Below are positions 26,354-36,785 of a stretch of DNA of 64,000 nucleotides, piece by piece; within the stretch, counting starts at the first letter, position 1, and every line of letters begins with the position of its first letter. The notes beneath the pieces were generated by a model. The model was given only the letters and a program-made list of their open reading frames with translations, was not told the DNA's origin and did no database searches. The stretch lies in IMG/VR virus record IMGVR_UViG_3300044701_002172, positions 62,001-126,000 of that record. One strand, given 5' to 3'. Origin of the DNA: an uncultured virus (IMG/VR IMGVR_UViG_3300044701_002172). Lineage: Duplodnaviria; Heunggongvirae; Uroviricota; Caudoviricetes. The position numbers were made by a program, and so were the translations under genes.

Positions 26354-29300
26354 TCAAACCGAGTAAGGAATGACATCATTTCCTGAATCTATAACATTAG
26401 ATCCAGATATTACTGTACAACCAGTAAAGGATGTTGAAGTTTTTCCTGTATAGGAAATAACAGTGTATTGAGTAGAAGAACCTTGGAATAATCGGCCATT
26501 TGTCGGGAACTTAGAAGTATTGCCAACTACAGTTAAAATATTTGTTACTGAAAGATCAGTTGAAACAGATAATACAACTGGATTTTGAATTGTTGGTATT
26601 GCTAAATTAAAACGATCTCCAGATAAAGTAATTGCTGAATTTTCTCTTTCTATAAAATCATTTATAGTAACTAATGGATACATCATTGAAAGTTCTTCAA
26701 TTGTATTGGCAGTAGATAGCAAACCAGTGTCAACAAATCTATTTCCTTCGTATGTTCCAAAATTAAATCCAGCATTTATTGAATAATATGAAGTATAAAA
26801 TTCATCAATTATAATAGCTTTATTTTGTACTTCTACTATTCCGCTGTTTCTGGTCAATACTTCATTTATAGGATCTTCTAAAATTACTTCTCCTGTTCTT
26901 GTAAGAATAACATTATCTAATATAATTGATTCCAAATAATAATCTAAAGTTCCTGTTTTATAGAACCTAGTTACATCAGCATTTTTAGCTAACTTAGAAG
27001 ATAATAGATTTGATAATGTGTATACAGTTAATGGAACGTCTAATTCAGTTGTAATTGTATTAGACGATTGAATATATGTATTATCAGCATATAAATTATG
27101 ATTTAATTTTATTTCCCTAGAAATAGGATCAGATAAAATAGTAGTTAATGTAGATACTACAGATAAAGCATTTGCTGCTAATATAGTAATATTAGTTGAT
27201 TCCACTAAATTAGTGTTATCTAAACCAATATTAACAAAGTTTGTAATTAATCTATCGCTAGTTACTAAAGAAGTGCTAAGTACACTAGATACAGAGCTAA
27301 AGGTATAATCAACTTCTGTTGTAATTGTGGAAGAAGTAATTATATCTAATTCTAAGTTAATCGATTGTACTGTTGTAATTTCTTTGTCTGTCTCACCAGA
27401 CATTTGAACATTAACAGCATTCGATACATTTAATACTCCTGCTTCAGCAAGTGTAGAAACATAACTTTGAGTCGAGTAAATATTTGTGACAATATTATAT
27501 GATGTTGGGGGAATTATAATTATTTCCTTAATAACATCAATTTCTTTTACATTAGGTATTTCAAAGTTATGTTGAGTATTAATTTCTCTCGAAACATCCT
27601 CTACTACATTTACTTCAGCAATTAATGAAATTGATTGTATTAATACAGTAGGTTGTGGAATGACCGTAGAAGTAACTTCGGTAGTAAATATAGTTGTAGG
27701 TCCAACAGGAACTATAGAAATTAGTTCTGGTAAATGTCTCAAATAATCACCAGCTTGGTGAGTTATTGCTGTTGTTCCAGCAGCTCCTCTCTCCACTCCA
27801 AGAAAACGATCAGAAAGCTTTTTAGCATATCTAACAATTTCCTTGCCGATAAGAAGCCTACTAGCATCAGGGAATCTTCTGGTATCAGGAATATAAACAA
27901 TAGTATCTGTTAAAGATAATGGGGCGTCTAAGAAAGCACCAATATCATTTGTAGCATCGGAAGGAATTTCAATAATAGCATTATTTAAAATTTTATTAAT
28001 GTTTAAAGTAATTTCTTTATCAATAGAAGATATTGTGGAAGAAGAAACAATATCTGCTGGAATATCAATAATAGAAGTAATTTCTCTTGATACTGTATAT
28101 TGAAGAGCCTCAGCAATCAAAGTTTTCGAATCAATTAAAATTTCTGTATCAAATTTTTTCTGAGCAGTTGCCAAAATTTTTGGCTTTGGTGTTATAATTT
28201 GAGTAACAAATCTTTGTAATTCTTGATTATCTACTAACCCACTGAGAGTAATAAGAGAAAAGACTCCGATTGCTGCTGGACCATCACCAGAAATAGTTAT
28301 AGTAGAAATTGTACTATACTCAGTTGTAATAGTTACACTAGAAGAAATGTTTAGTACAGTTGATGAATCAATTTTTCTACCAAATTGTTTAATTCTATTA
28401 TATCCTCTAGCTACAACAACCTTGGGCGGTTGAGTATACCCAGAACCCCCATCAATTAATACAATATCAAGTATTTGGCCCCCGTAAGCTATTACCTCGG
28501 CCTTAGCTCCTCCGCCATTTCCGTCAACTGGAATAAAGTAAACTTTTGGTGTTGTGTAATATTGATACGCTGTTGGTTGTAATAAAACACCCTTCTCAAA
28601 ATAAAGTTGTAAATCTCTCTTATTATATTCAATATCTGAAACATTCAAGGAACTAATTGAGCCATCTTCAAAATCTACATTAGCAGTAATACTTAATCCT
28701 TCGCCCCTTGTAATGCCTTCATAATTTGTAGACCTTACTTTAGTATAAATCTGATTTGAAATATATTCTGACGGATTGTAATTTCGTGTGTTAACAAAAT
28801 TAGGCAAAGATACTATTTCACGGTAATCAAATTCTCCATCAATTTGAATTTTATCTCCAGGATATAAATTAGCATTTAATACATTTTTTTCCAACCAAGC
28901 ATCATCGCCTAATTTAGTATCAAACAACCAAGCTGGAATATTTCTTTTTAATATTCTAGTTCCTTCAGAATCAACTTCGTAACTATACTCAATAGAATCT
29001 ACATTGTTTAATGGATACTCTTTATATTGTGTAGTTACTTGGGGAACAAAAACTGGATCACTTGACAATACATTAATTTCTCCATAATAAGGACCAAAAA
29101 CATCGACATAATAATATTTTTGTATATTTGTGGATGCCGATAATTCCCAAGTAATAATATTGTTAAAAGATCCATTATTTTGAACAGGATCGACCTCATA
29201 GTTTTGGTTGTAATATGTTCCTGTGTAATCAGTAACAAAAATTCTTCCAAAAACAGAAGGATTTGAATCTAATTGATAATAATATAAAGATGTAGTATCG

Positions 29301-32300
29301 TTTGGAACAATCCAAGAAATTGTTCCTGTAGATTCTCCATTATTGGTAATATTTTCTGTTACAGCGATTTTATTTCCAAATCCATCGTCTTTAACAATAG
29401 ATACAGAACTTGGAGAAGTGATATTTAAATCTAATGTATTATAGGCAGCAATAAAAATAATTGGATTTGGATCTGTAGGTCTTCCTACATCAATAAATGA
29501 AGTTCCATTATATGAAATATTATATGGGGTAGTCTCAATATTTTGTGGTTCTAACCTATCTAAAATATAGAAAGGTCTTCCATCAGAATTTACATTAAAT
29601 GATACTGTGTTTCCTTGTCTAAGTGTTATTGTAGAAGAAGCCAAATTTTGTGTTGGATTTGCTGGATTGGTGACAACCCAATCATTTACATCGACAGGAA
29701 AAGCAACATCATAATTATAACTAGCTGTATCTAATTGTTCAACTAAAATAACAGATTCTGTAAATTCTTCGGTGTTTATAATTTTTAAATCAGGATCCGA
29801 CAAATCTATAGTATCAGATAAATTATGATTTATCAAATATACAATAATTTCGTCATTTGATATTTTATTATATCCTCGTATATAACCTAATGTATTTTCT
29901 CCTTCATTTAAAATAATTTTATCGGTAGATAAAAATGTATATAAATCACTAAACGTCTGATAAACGTTATTGCCAACAATCGTTAGATTAATTGAATTAT
30001 AGTAAGTATCTGGCTCAAAATCATAGAACGTTAATGTTTTTGGAAGATCTCTTCCATAAGCCAATATAATAGAAACTTGTTGATAAATTATTTCGCCAGA
30101 TTCAGAAATATATTTTTGAAGAGGATTTGTGAATGTAATATTAGGTCCTACAATTTGATAGGCATCTCCCTCTCTTTGTAAAACACCATCAATAATAACA
30201 AAAGCATATAGTGGCTCATCAATTTTCTTTACTCGATTTTCTATTTCATCTAAAATTAAGTATGGACCACCACCTCTAAATTCAATCAGTTTATTTTCAA
30301 TCGTAAATCTTTCGTAATTGCCAATTGTGTAAATAAAACACTTTTCATTTCCTTTTAGTTCAGAGGGAACATCGTTAACATATGGATCTTCTTGATCTAT
30401 AGGAGCGGAAGAAAAAACAATCTTATCTGTTACATTAAGATCTTCTGATCTTAAAATATAATATGAATTGCCAAACTGAGTGTCTGCCGAAGACTTAGCA
30501 TTTTGAATAACACCATTAAGAGTTACAATTAAATTTTCATTTTGTTCGGTTTTGACGATATTATTATCTTCATAATATAAATCAAATTCTTTCTTGATAC
30601 CATCAAATTGATTAGCTATTGATTTAATTTTTTTAAAATAGCGAGAATTTAAAGAACTATTTTTGAATTTAATTGCTCTTCCGTAAAATCTTTGAGCAGC
30701 AACTTCCTGCCCCTCAACAACTCTAGTTCCAAATGGAGGTTGAGAAAATTCAATATTAGTACCAGAAATAGTATATGATTTTCCTGGCTCTTGTAAGACC
30801 CCATCCAGAGTTACAATCAATTGCTGAGAATTGTTTAAAAATAATGGTAAACCATTTTTAGCATCAATTAATGTAAATTGTGTAGTTCCCACAACTTTGC
30901 CAGTATTGGGATCAAAATCTCCGTTAAATTCTGGAGATAATGTTACTTCGTAAGCTAATGTTTCAGATGAATCAAAAGTATCTACTGAAACAGCACCCAA
31001 TCCTCTTTCTACAAGTAAAGACTCGTATTTTATGTAAGAAGTAGTAATATATTTTTTAGTTTCGATTACTGTAATATTAATTGGACCAAGACTGATAGAA
31101 CTATACGTTTCTATAGTTTTTTGTTCGGATGGCATCGTTATTGAGCTATCCGTTTCAATTAATACTTCACCAAATAATTGGAAACCAGCTGGGTGAGTAG
31201 TTTCTTTAATTAAATCTTTCCATATTTGAATTGGAGTTTTAGATTTAATTACATAAGAATAATCTTGATAAAAATAAGAATCTAATAATTTTTGTGAGTT
31301 AGCTCCAATTTTTCCTTTATCAGAAGAATAAAATCCTAGATTATCGTAATACGATCTGATATCAGAATTAAATTCTGTAGAAATTTGAGCAACTAATGTA
31401 GCAGTTCTATTATTATCTTTTCCTACAATAGTATAATTATCTTCAAATATACCCTCAATGTTCTCTACTTTTAGGAGATTGCTACCTGCTCTCCAACCAT
31501 TTTTTGATACTTTTGCTTTTGCTCCTGTAAATGGTTGAACAATAAATTCTCCAGGGTAAAAATCATAATCATTAAAATCTTTTAATAGAAATGTTGTAGT
31601 TGATTTATATAATGGCGTGGTTGTTTTATCAGCATTAAAATAATATCCATTATTTACAATTGTGATATTTTGAGGTACGCCAATGTTGTCAGATTCTAAA
31701 AAGACATTCAAATCAGATTCAACTATTTTTACTGAAGGTTTTTGATCAAATTTGCCTCCATTTAAAACAATAATTGAAGTTATTTTGCCACCTTCTTGAA
31801 TACATTTAAAGTTGTATTCAGAAGATGAATTAGTAATAATTGCTTTTGGTTTTGAATAATTTATTCCAGGTTCAATAATATTAAAACCAACAACAGTATT
31901 GTTTAAGGTATCGTAAATGGGATCTACGATACACTCGTATACAGAGGAAGGAAGAATACCATCAATAGTTGGTATTCTTTTATAATTTTGTCCAGTGTTG
32001 GTAATTTTTATGCTATTGATTTTTCCAATAGCAAAAGGAGATGTGGTTGTATATGTAATTTGTCCTGAACCATCATATTCTGGTGTAGATGATAGAGTAT
32101 AAACAATTTTATTATTAGTTACATAACTTACTGATTTTTCTCCAATTAAAGGATCATCTACAATTTTTAAAAATGAATTATTGGTATTAACGTCGGGAGA
32201 TACTTTGATGAAATAAAAATAATTACTAAAATTAATTCTTTTTCTTTCTGTAAAACTATTATTAGATATATTTGGACCAAATCCTAATTTTATAGTTACA

Positions 32301-35300
32301 AAAGACCCAGGATTTCCTGGGGAAATAGTACTTACAAATTTTTCTTCCGTGAAAATATTGTAATTTGAGCTAGCAGAAAAATCTAAATAAGTGCTAGCCA
32401 TTGAAAAATGACTAACATCAAATTTATATTTGTAGTATTTTTGAATCTGTATAATAGGATTAGTTATTAAATTATCTTCAGATCCCTTAGAAAATTCCAA
32501 ATTAAATTCTGGCTCTTCTACAGTTTTGATTGTTACCAGTTTAGCTGGTGTACTAGAATCAAAGAAAATAGAACTTTGTAATATTTTTACTGGAGATGTT
32601 GTTCCGTAATCATAAGATACAAAAATTTGCTTCTTAAATTCATCATATGAAATAATATATGGAGTATTAACTTGATCACCAAATGGTCTGTAATTTTGAT
32701 CAAATCTATAATTTCCTTCAAATAAAGAAACTGATAACCCGTCAAAATGATTTGATGGTCTTGTTCCTTTTTGTCCTCTTTCTACTCGAACAAGTTTTTC
32801 TTCTATACTAACGCTACTAATTTTTACAATTTCTTCGTTTAATTTTAAATAATCTCCAATTGATAAATTATTAATATTAGATAATTTTAACAAAGAATTA
32901 CTAGCAGAAAAACCTACGTGATCGACAGCAATGTAAAGTCTTTGCTCATTACCTGTATTAGATAATCTATTAAGATCTTCATCCGATACAGTTAAAACAT
33001 CTCCAGGTAAGTAACCAATACCTTTATTTGTTATAGTTACTTTTCTAACTGGACCATAGCCTAAACCATCAATATTTGAAATTTCTATTGTTGCTCTGGC
33101 ATTATTTGGATTACCTGAAAGTCCCAATCCATCTCTTGCTTTCGTAGAATCTTGAAAAATTAATTCTACATCCTCGTAAGTAGCAAACGAATAATCTGCT
33201 CCGCTGTTTAAAATGTCAGCACTTCCTATTCCTTTATCAATAATACGAGAAGAATGTGTTACCGAATTTAAAATAGCTGTTTGATATAATCTTTTTCTTA
33301 CAAAATAAGTCGTTTCAGTTAAATTATCATTTGGTAAAACATCAACATTAATTTTATCGCCAATAGCAACATTGTGATTTTCGTTAGTTTCTAAAATAGC
33401 AACTTTATCGTCTATTTCAAAAATGTTCAGATTTTTGCTTAAAGAAAATTTACTTATAATTTTTGATCTGGAAGTATCTCCTAAGTTACTACTTTTTAAG
33501 AAATATGTGTTGTCAACAATAAACTCTCCACTAATTACTTTTATTTTTAATGAATTTTGACGTAAAATTCCTTCTAAAACTTCTCCTACAGCAATGTTAG
33601 AATTACTCTTGCCTTTGCCGTCAGTTAATGTTAAAATAGATCCTTTGGTAAAGGTAGAGTTTTTATCTAAAATTAATGTTAATACTTCAGTAGAAGACGA
33701 AATAGGATCAGTTAAATTAAATTCGCCAGAAACATTTCGTAAGACAAATTCATCGTCATTTAACACATCTCCAATTAGTACACCACCAGCTTCATTTCCA
33801 TCACTGTGGAGTTGAGTAATTGTATCCCCTTCAAACAAATATGCTATATTGGTAGTTCTTATTTGAATTGCTTTTGTTTGTTCTGATTCTAAAGAAACAA
33901 CATCTTTACCTTCTACCGAAGAAACAATAGCTTCAGCTCCAGAACCTTCCGTTAAAAAGTCATTAATTGAAACAAATGAATTAACAGAGAAATTTTCTGG
34001 TGAGTTGTAAATAGTGGCTTTAGAAACATTACCCGATTTTACGTCTTTAATAAAGCCAAAAAATTCAGCGCCATTTTCTTCAAAATCAGAAGTCTTTAAT
34101 CTTTTTACATTTACTGGAATATCATCTTGAGAAATTTTAGAATTGTAATTAGAATCTACTGGCAACGAGTAATAATTGCTTCCCAAAACATAAGGGAAAA
34201 TGGGAGTATTATTTGAATCTATTGAAAGGAAATAAGCATATACTCCATTTGGATAATCTGGGGTTACACAAAATCTTCCATTATTTTGATCTAACTCAAG
34301 TTTTCCTGATTGTACACTAGGAATCCATACATAATCATCAATAAAAGATCCTAATGGATATTGAGAAATGGCGGGGCCGTTTAATCTAGAATTTCTTAAT
34401 TGATAGCCACTAGATAACCTAGCAATAGAAGAACTACTGTTTACTGGATTAGAATAACCATACGGACCATAAATTGGATTGCCATCATAAGCATACCCAA
34501 TAATAGGAGAATGCTTCAATGTAGCGGTTTCTTCATAAACAGAAGTTAAGTTATCACTCAACCTTCTTCTTAAAACTACAGGATTTGCTACTACACCATA
34601 ACCATAATTTTTTGAACTGTCAAAATTTGGGAAAGCACCTGAATTATTTGTGTCTAAAGATGTTTTAACATTTTCATATCTATTTTTTACCCATCTTTTA
34701 ATTTTTGCTGATGCTTGGGCACCTTTTCCTATCGGATCAACAAAAATAGTTACGGATCCTCTAGTGTAAAATCTTCCTCCACTAATTCTTCTACAGGAAT
34801 CGATTTTTCCTTCGTTGGTTAAAATAGCTTCATACTCAGCAAAATTGCCTTTTCCTAGTTCATCAATAATTCTAATAATCGGAGGAGAAGAATAATATTG
34901 TCCAGAATTAACAACATTAATACTGGTAATTCTGCCATCAGTAACAACAGCAGAAAGTTTTGCTCCTTCACCAGAAGTAATTCTAATTACAGGATCATCT
35001 TCATAATTATCATTTGAAATTAAATTTATGGAACCAACAGTTTGCCCAGATAACGTTGACAATGCTTTATTTGGTTGCTCATTAACTAAAACATAAGGAG
35101 GTGCTTCGTAACCATTTCCTTTACTGTCAATATTAATGGTTTCAATGCCACCAAATTTTACTGAATCAAAATCTTTATAACCAAAAATTGGAGAACCATC
35201 GACTAAAATACCAACATCTCTAGAAGTAGTCTGATATACTTCAGTTGTAGTAATTGGTTGTTTTCTTATTAGCTTTAAATGTTTTTGATCAGATAATATC

Positions 35301-36781
35301 TCAGTAGTTTCTAAAGTTAATAGAACAGAAGCAGACGGATATGAAGATGAACAAATGTAATAATACTGCTCGTCCTCATAAATGGCAGAAATATCTGCAT
35401 TTAAATCACCTACCTGTGAATTTACTCCAGGAACAATTGAATTTACTTTTGTGAAATCCGTATTTACAAACCAGCGGATTGAATCAGTTTCTGTACTATA
35501 AATTATTGGATTTCTAGTTTCGACGCCAGAAGTTTTAACCTGGATTAAATCTCCTGTTTCTGAATATGGATACCCTTGTTTTGGTAAAAGATTGTATAAA
35601 ATTCCTAAAGTAATTAAAGAAACTCCAGATCCCTCTATTGTCGAATAGCTGTATACCTTTTGTCCTTCTGTATGTAACTGTTGAGCAGAACGATCATCTA
35701 TTACGAATTGATTGAGATTTTTTTCGGTGTATTCAAAAATTTCCGAACCAATTTGAATTTTTCCTTGTTTTGGAAATCCTTGGGTGGAAAATACATCAAT
35801 TCTATTTCCATTACCATAAGAAGGAGAAATTGTACTTCTTAATGTTGTTTTACCAGCAACTTTAAAAGAACCATTCACTGATGAAGGTTCTAAAACAATT
35901 TCGTAAATCTCTTCGTTATCTACTTTTCCTACGTATGAAACACTATCAACAACAGCAGAAGCGAATGTAATTGATTTATCAAAATCGTCAATAGATTGTG
36001 TAATTATATTGCCAATTAAATTATTTACATTGCCAGAAACTACCTTGACTTTTAAGGCATATTTGTTGACCCAATCAGATGTAGAAGATTTTAATGTAAA
36101 ATCCTTGGGATTGTAAACAGATACTGTTTCTTCTGGGTCTTTTGAAATTATCGAGTTAAAAATAAATTTTATAGATCTCTCAGTACCTTTTGCTTTATAA
36201 AAATCACTAATATTTTTAATTAATGTTCTTTTGTCTACATTGCCCTTGAGATATTTTTCTGGGAATGCACCAAGATACTCCTGCTCAAAGTTTTTAACAA
36301 AAGCATACAAAAACAAATTGCTAATGTTGAAAACTTCATCTCCAGTATAATGTGGAGCTGATTGTGTAGTGACAAATTCTGAAGATGTGTATAGATCTCC
36401 TAGCGTAGTGTTGCCACTTACACCTCTCGATACTTCTAAAAATTGTGTGTCTGTTCTTTCTTTGTAAAAACAAATTTCATCACCAATTCGTAAATATCCA
36501 TTTTCTACTGGAAAAGATGTAGCATCTTCTACAACAATAGTTGTTACTGAATTGGAAATTGATGAAACTAATTTTGTTTTTTGGTTTAATAAATTACTTT
36601 CATAATAATTAATATCACGGTATTTTTCGATATTATGAAGTATGTCTAATGGCTTTCCAGTAGATTCTAACTGCTCGTAGTATTTTTCTACGAACGTGCT
36701 AAATTTATCGTATTCAGATGATATAAACCCTGGTAATTGATTTTCAATTAGGGTTGAAATTTTTCTTATCTTTTCGGCCAT
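26354..36781 (-). CDS. gp7: Baseplate wedge initiator gp7-like (3475 aa)
   Basis: ISTLIENQLPGF; LIKNISDFYKAKGT; DSYFYQDYSYVIKS...HPAGFQLFGE; YHYH-like HSPIIGYAYDGNPIYGPYGY; lies between gp6 and gp8. Confidence 0.85.
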   Translation of the reverse strand: MAEKIRKISTLIENQLPGFISSEYDKFSTFVEKYYEQLESTGKPLDILHNIEKYRDINYYESNLLNQKTKLVSSISNSVTTIVVEDATSFPVENGYLRIGDEICFYKERTDTQFLEVSRGVSGNTTLGDLYTSSEFVTTQSAPHYTGDEVFNISNLFLYAFVKNFEQEYLGAFPEKYLKGNVDKRTLIKNISDFYKAKGTERSIKFIFNSIISKDPEETVSVYNPKDFTLKSSTSDWVNKYALKVKVVSGNVNNLIGNIITQSIDDFDKSITFASAVVDSVSYVGKVDNEEIYEIVLEPSSVNGSFKVAGKTTLRSTISPSYGNGNRIDVFSTQGFPKQGKIQIGSEIFEYTEKNLNQFVIDDRSAQQLHTEGQKVYSYSTIEGSGVSLITLGILYNLLPKQGYPYSETGDLIQVKTSGVETRNPIIYSTETDSIRWFVNTDFTKVNSIVPGVNSQVGDLNADISAIYEDEQYYYICSSSYPSASVLLTLETTEILSDQKHLKLIRKQPITTTEVYQTTSRDVGILVDGSPIFGYKDFDSVKFGGIETINIDSKGNGYEAPPYVLVNEQPNKALSTLSGQTVGSINLISNDNYEDDPVIRITSGEGAKLSAVVTDGRITSINVVNSGQYYSSPPIIRIIDELGKGNFAEYEAILTNEGKIDSCRRISGGRFYTRGSVTIFVDPIGKGAQASAKIKRWVKNRYENVKTSLDTNNSGAFPNFDSSKNYGYGVVANPVVLRRRLSDNLTSVYEETATLKHSPIIGYAYDGNPIYGPYGYSNPVNSSSSIARLSSGYQLRNSRLNGPAISQYPLGSFIDDYVWIPSVQSGKLELDQNNGRFCVTPDYPNGVYAYFLSIDSNNTPIFPYVLGSNYYSLPVDSNYNSKISQDDIPVNVKRLKTSDFEENGAEFFGFIKDVKSGNVSKATIYNSPENFSVNSFVSINDFLTEGSGAEAIVSSVEGKDVVSLESEQTKAIQIRTTNIAYLFEGDTITQLHSDGNEAGGVLIGDVLNDDEFVLRNVSGEFNLTDPISSSTEVLTLILDKNSTFTKGSILTLTDGKGKSNSNIAVGEVLEGILRQNSLKIKVISGEFIVDNTYFLKSSNLGDTSRSKIISKFSLSKNLNIFEIDDKVAILETNENHNVAIGDKINVDVLPNDNLTETTYFVRKRLYQTAILNSVTHSSRIIDKGIGSADILNSGADYSFATYEDVELIFQDSTKARDGLGLSGNPNNARATIEISNIDGLGYGPVRKVTITNKGIGYLPGDVLTVSDEDLNRLSNTGNEQRLYIAVDHVGFSASNSLLKLSNINNLSIGDYLKLNEEIVKISSVSIEEKLVRVERGQKGTRPSNHFDGLSVSLFEGNYRFDQNYRPFGDQVNTPYIISYDEFKKQIFVSYDYGTTSPVKILQSSIFFDSSTPAKLVTIKTVEEPEFNLEFSKGSEDNLITNPIIQIQKYYKYKFDVSHFSMASTYLDFSASSNYNIFTEEKFVSTISPGNPGSFVTIKLGFGPNISNNSFTERKRINFSNYFYFIKVSPDVNTNNSFLKIVDDPLIGEKSVSYVTNNKIVYTLSSTPEYDGSGQITYTTTSPFAIGKINSIKITNTGQNYKRIPTIDGILPSSVYECIVDPIYDTLNNTVVGFNIIEPGINYSKPKAIITNSSSEYNFKCIQEGGKITSIIVLNGGKFDQKPSVKIVESDLNVFLESDNIGVPQNITIVNNGYYFNADKTTTPLYKSTTTFLLKDFNDYDFYPGEFIVQPFTGAKAKVSKNGWRAGSNLLKVENIEGIFEDNYTIVGKDNNRTATLVAQISTEFNSDIRSYYDNLGFYSSDKGKIGANSQKLLDSYFYQDYSYVIKSKTPIQIWKDLIKETTHPAGFQLFGEVLIETDSSITMPSEQKTIETYSSISLGPINITVIETKKYITTSYIKYESLLVERGLGAVSVDTFDSSETLAYEVTLSPEFNGDFDPNTGKVVGTTQFTLIDAKNGLPLFLNNSQQLIVTLDGVLQEPGKSYTISGTNIEFSQPPFGTRVVEGQEVAAQRFYGRAIKFKNSSLNSRYFKKIKSIANQFDGIKKEFDLYYEDNNIVKTEQNENLIVTLNGVIQNAKSSADTQFGNSYYILRSEDLNVTDKIVFSSAPIDQEDPYVNDVPSELKGNEKCFIYTIGNYERFTIENKLIEFRGGGPYLILDEIENRVKKIDEPLYAFVIIDGVLQREGDAYQIVGPNITFTNPLQKYISESGEIIYQQVSIILAYGRDLPKTLTFYDFEPDTYYNSINLTIVGNNVYQTFSDLYTFLSTDKIILNEGENTLGYIRGYNKISNDEIIVYLINHNLSDTIDLSDPDLKIINTEEFTESVILVEQLDTASYNYDVAFPVDVNDWVVTNPANPTQNLASSTITLRQGNTVSFNVNSDGRPFYILDRLEPQNIETTPYNISYNGTSFIDVGRPTDPNPIIFIAAYNTLDLNITSPSSVSIVKDDGFGNKIAVTENITNNGESTGTISWIVPNDTTSLYYYQLDSNPSVFGRIFVTDYTGTYYNQNYEVDPVQNNGSFNNIITWELSASTNIQKYYYVDVFGPYYGEINVLSSDPVFVPQVTTQYKEYPLNNVDSIEYSYEVDSEGTRILKRNIPAWLFDTKLGDDAWLEKNVLNANLYPGDKIQIDGEFDYREIVSLPNFVNTRNYNPSEYISNQIYTKVRSTNYEGITRGEGLSITANVDFEDGSISSLNVSDIEYNKRDLQLYFEKGVLLQPTAYQYYTTPKVYFIPVDGNGGGAKAEVIAYGGQILDIVLIDGGSGYTQPPKVVVARGYNRIKQFGRKIDSSTVLNISSSVTITTEYSTISTITISGDGPAAIGVFSLITLSGLVDNQELQRFVTQIITPKPKILATAQKKFDTEILIDSKTLIAEALQYTVSREITSIIDIPADIVSSSTISSIDKEITLNINKILNNAIIEIPSDATNDIGAFLDAPLSLTDTIVYIPDTRRFPDASRLLIGKEIVRYAKKLSDRFLGVERGAAGTTAITHQAGDYLRHLPELISIVPVGPTTIFTTEVTSTVIPQPTVLIQSISLIAEVNVVEDVSREINTQHNFEIPNVKEIDVIKEIIIIPPTSYNIVTNIYSTQSYVSTLAEAGVLNVSNAVNVQMSGETDKEITTVQSINLELDIITSSTITTEVDYTFSSVSSVLSTSLVTSDRLITNFVNIGLDNTNLVESTNITILAANALSVVSTLTTILSDPISREIKLNHNLYADNTYIQSSNTITTELDVPLTVYTLSNLLSSKLAKNADVTRFYKTGTLDYYLESIILDNVILTRTGEVILEDPINEVLTRNSGIVEVQNKAIIIDEFYTSYYSINAGFNFGTYEGNRFVDTGLLSTANTIEELSMMYPLVTINDFIERENSAITLSGDRFNLAIPTIQNPVVLSVSTDLSVTNILTVVGNTSKFPTNGRLFQGSSTQYTVISYTGKTSTSFTGCTVISGSNVIDSGNDVIPYSV

Positions 36782-36785
36782 CTAA

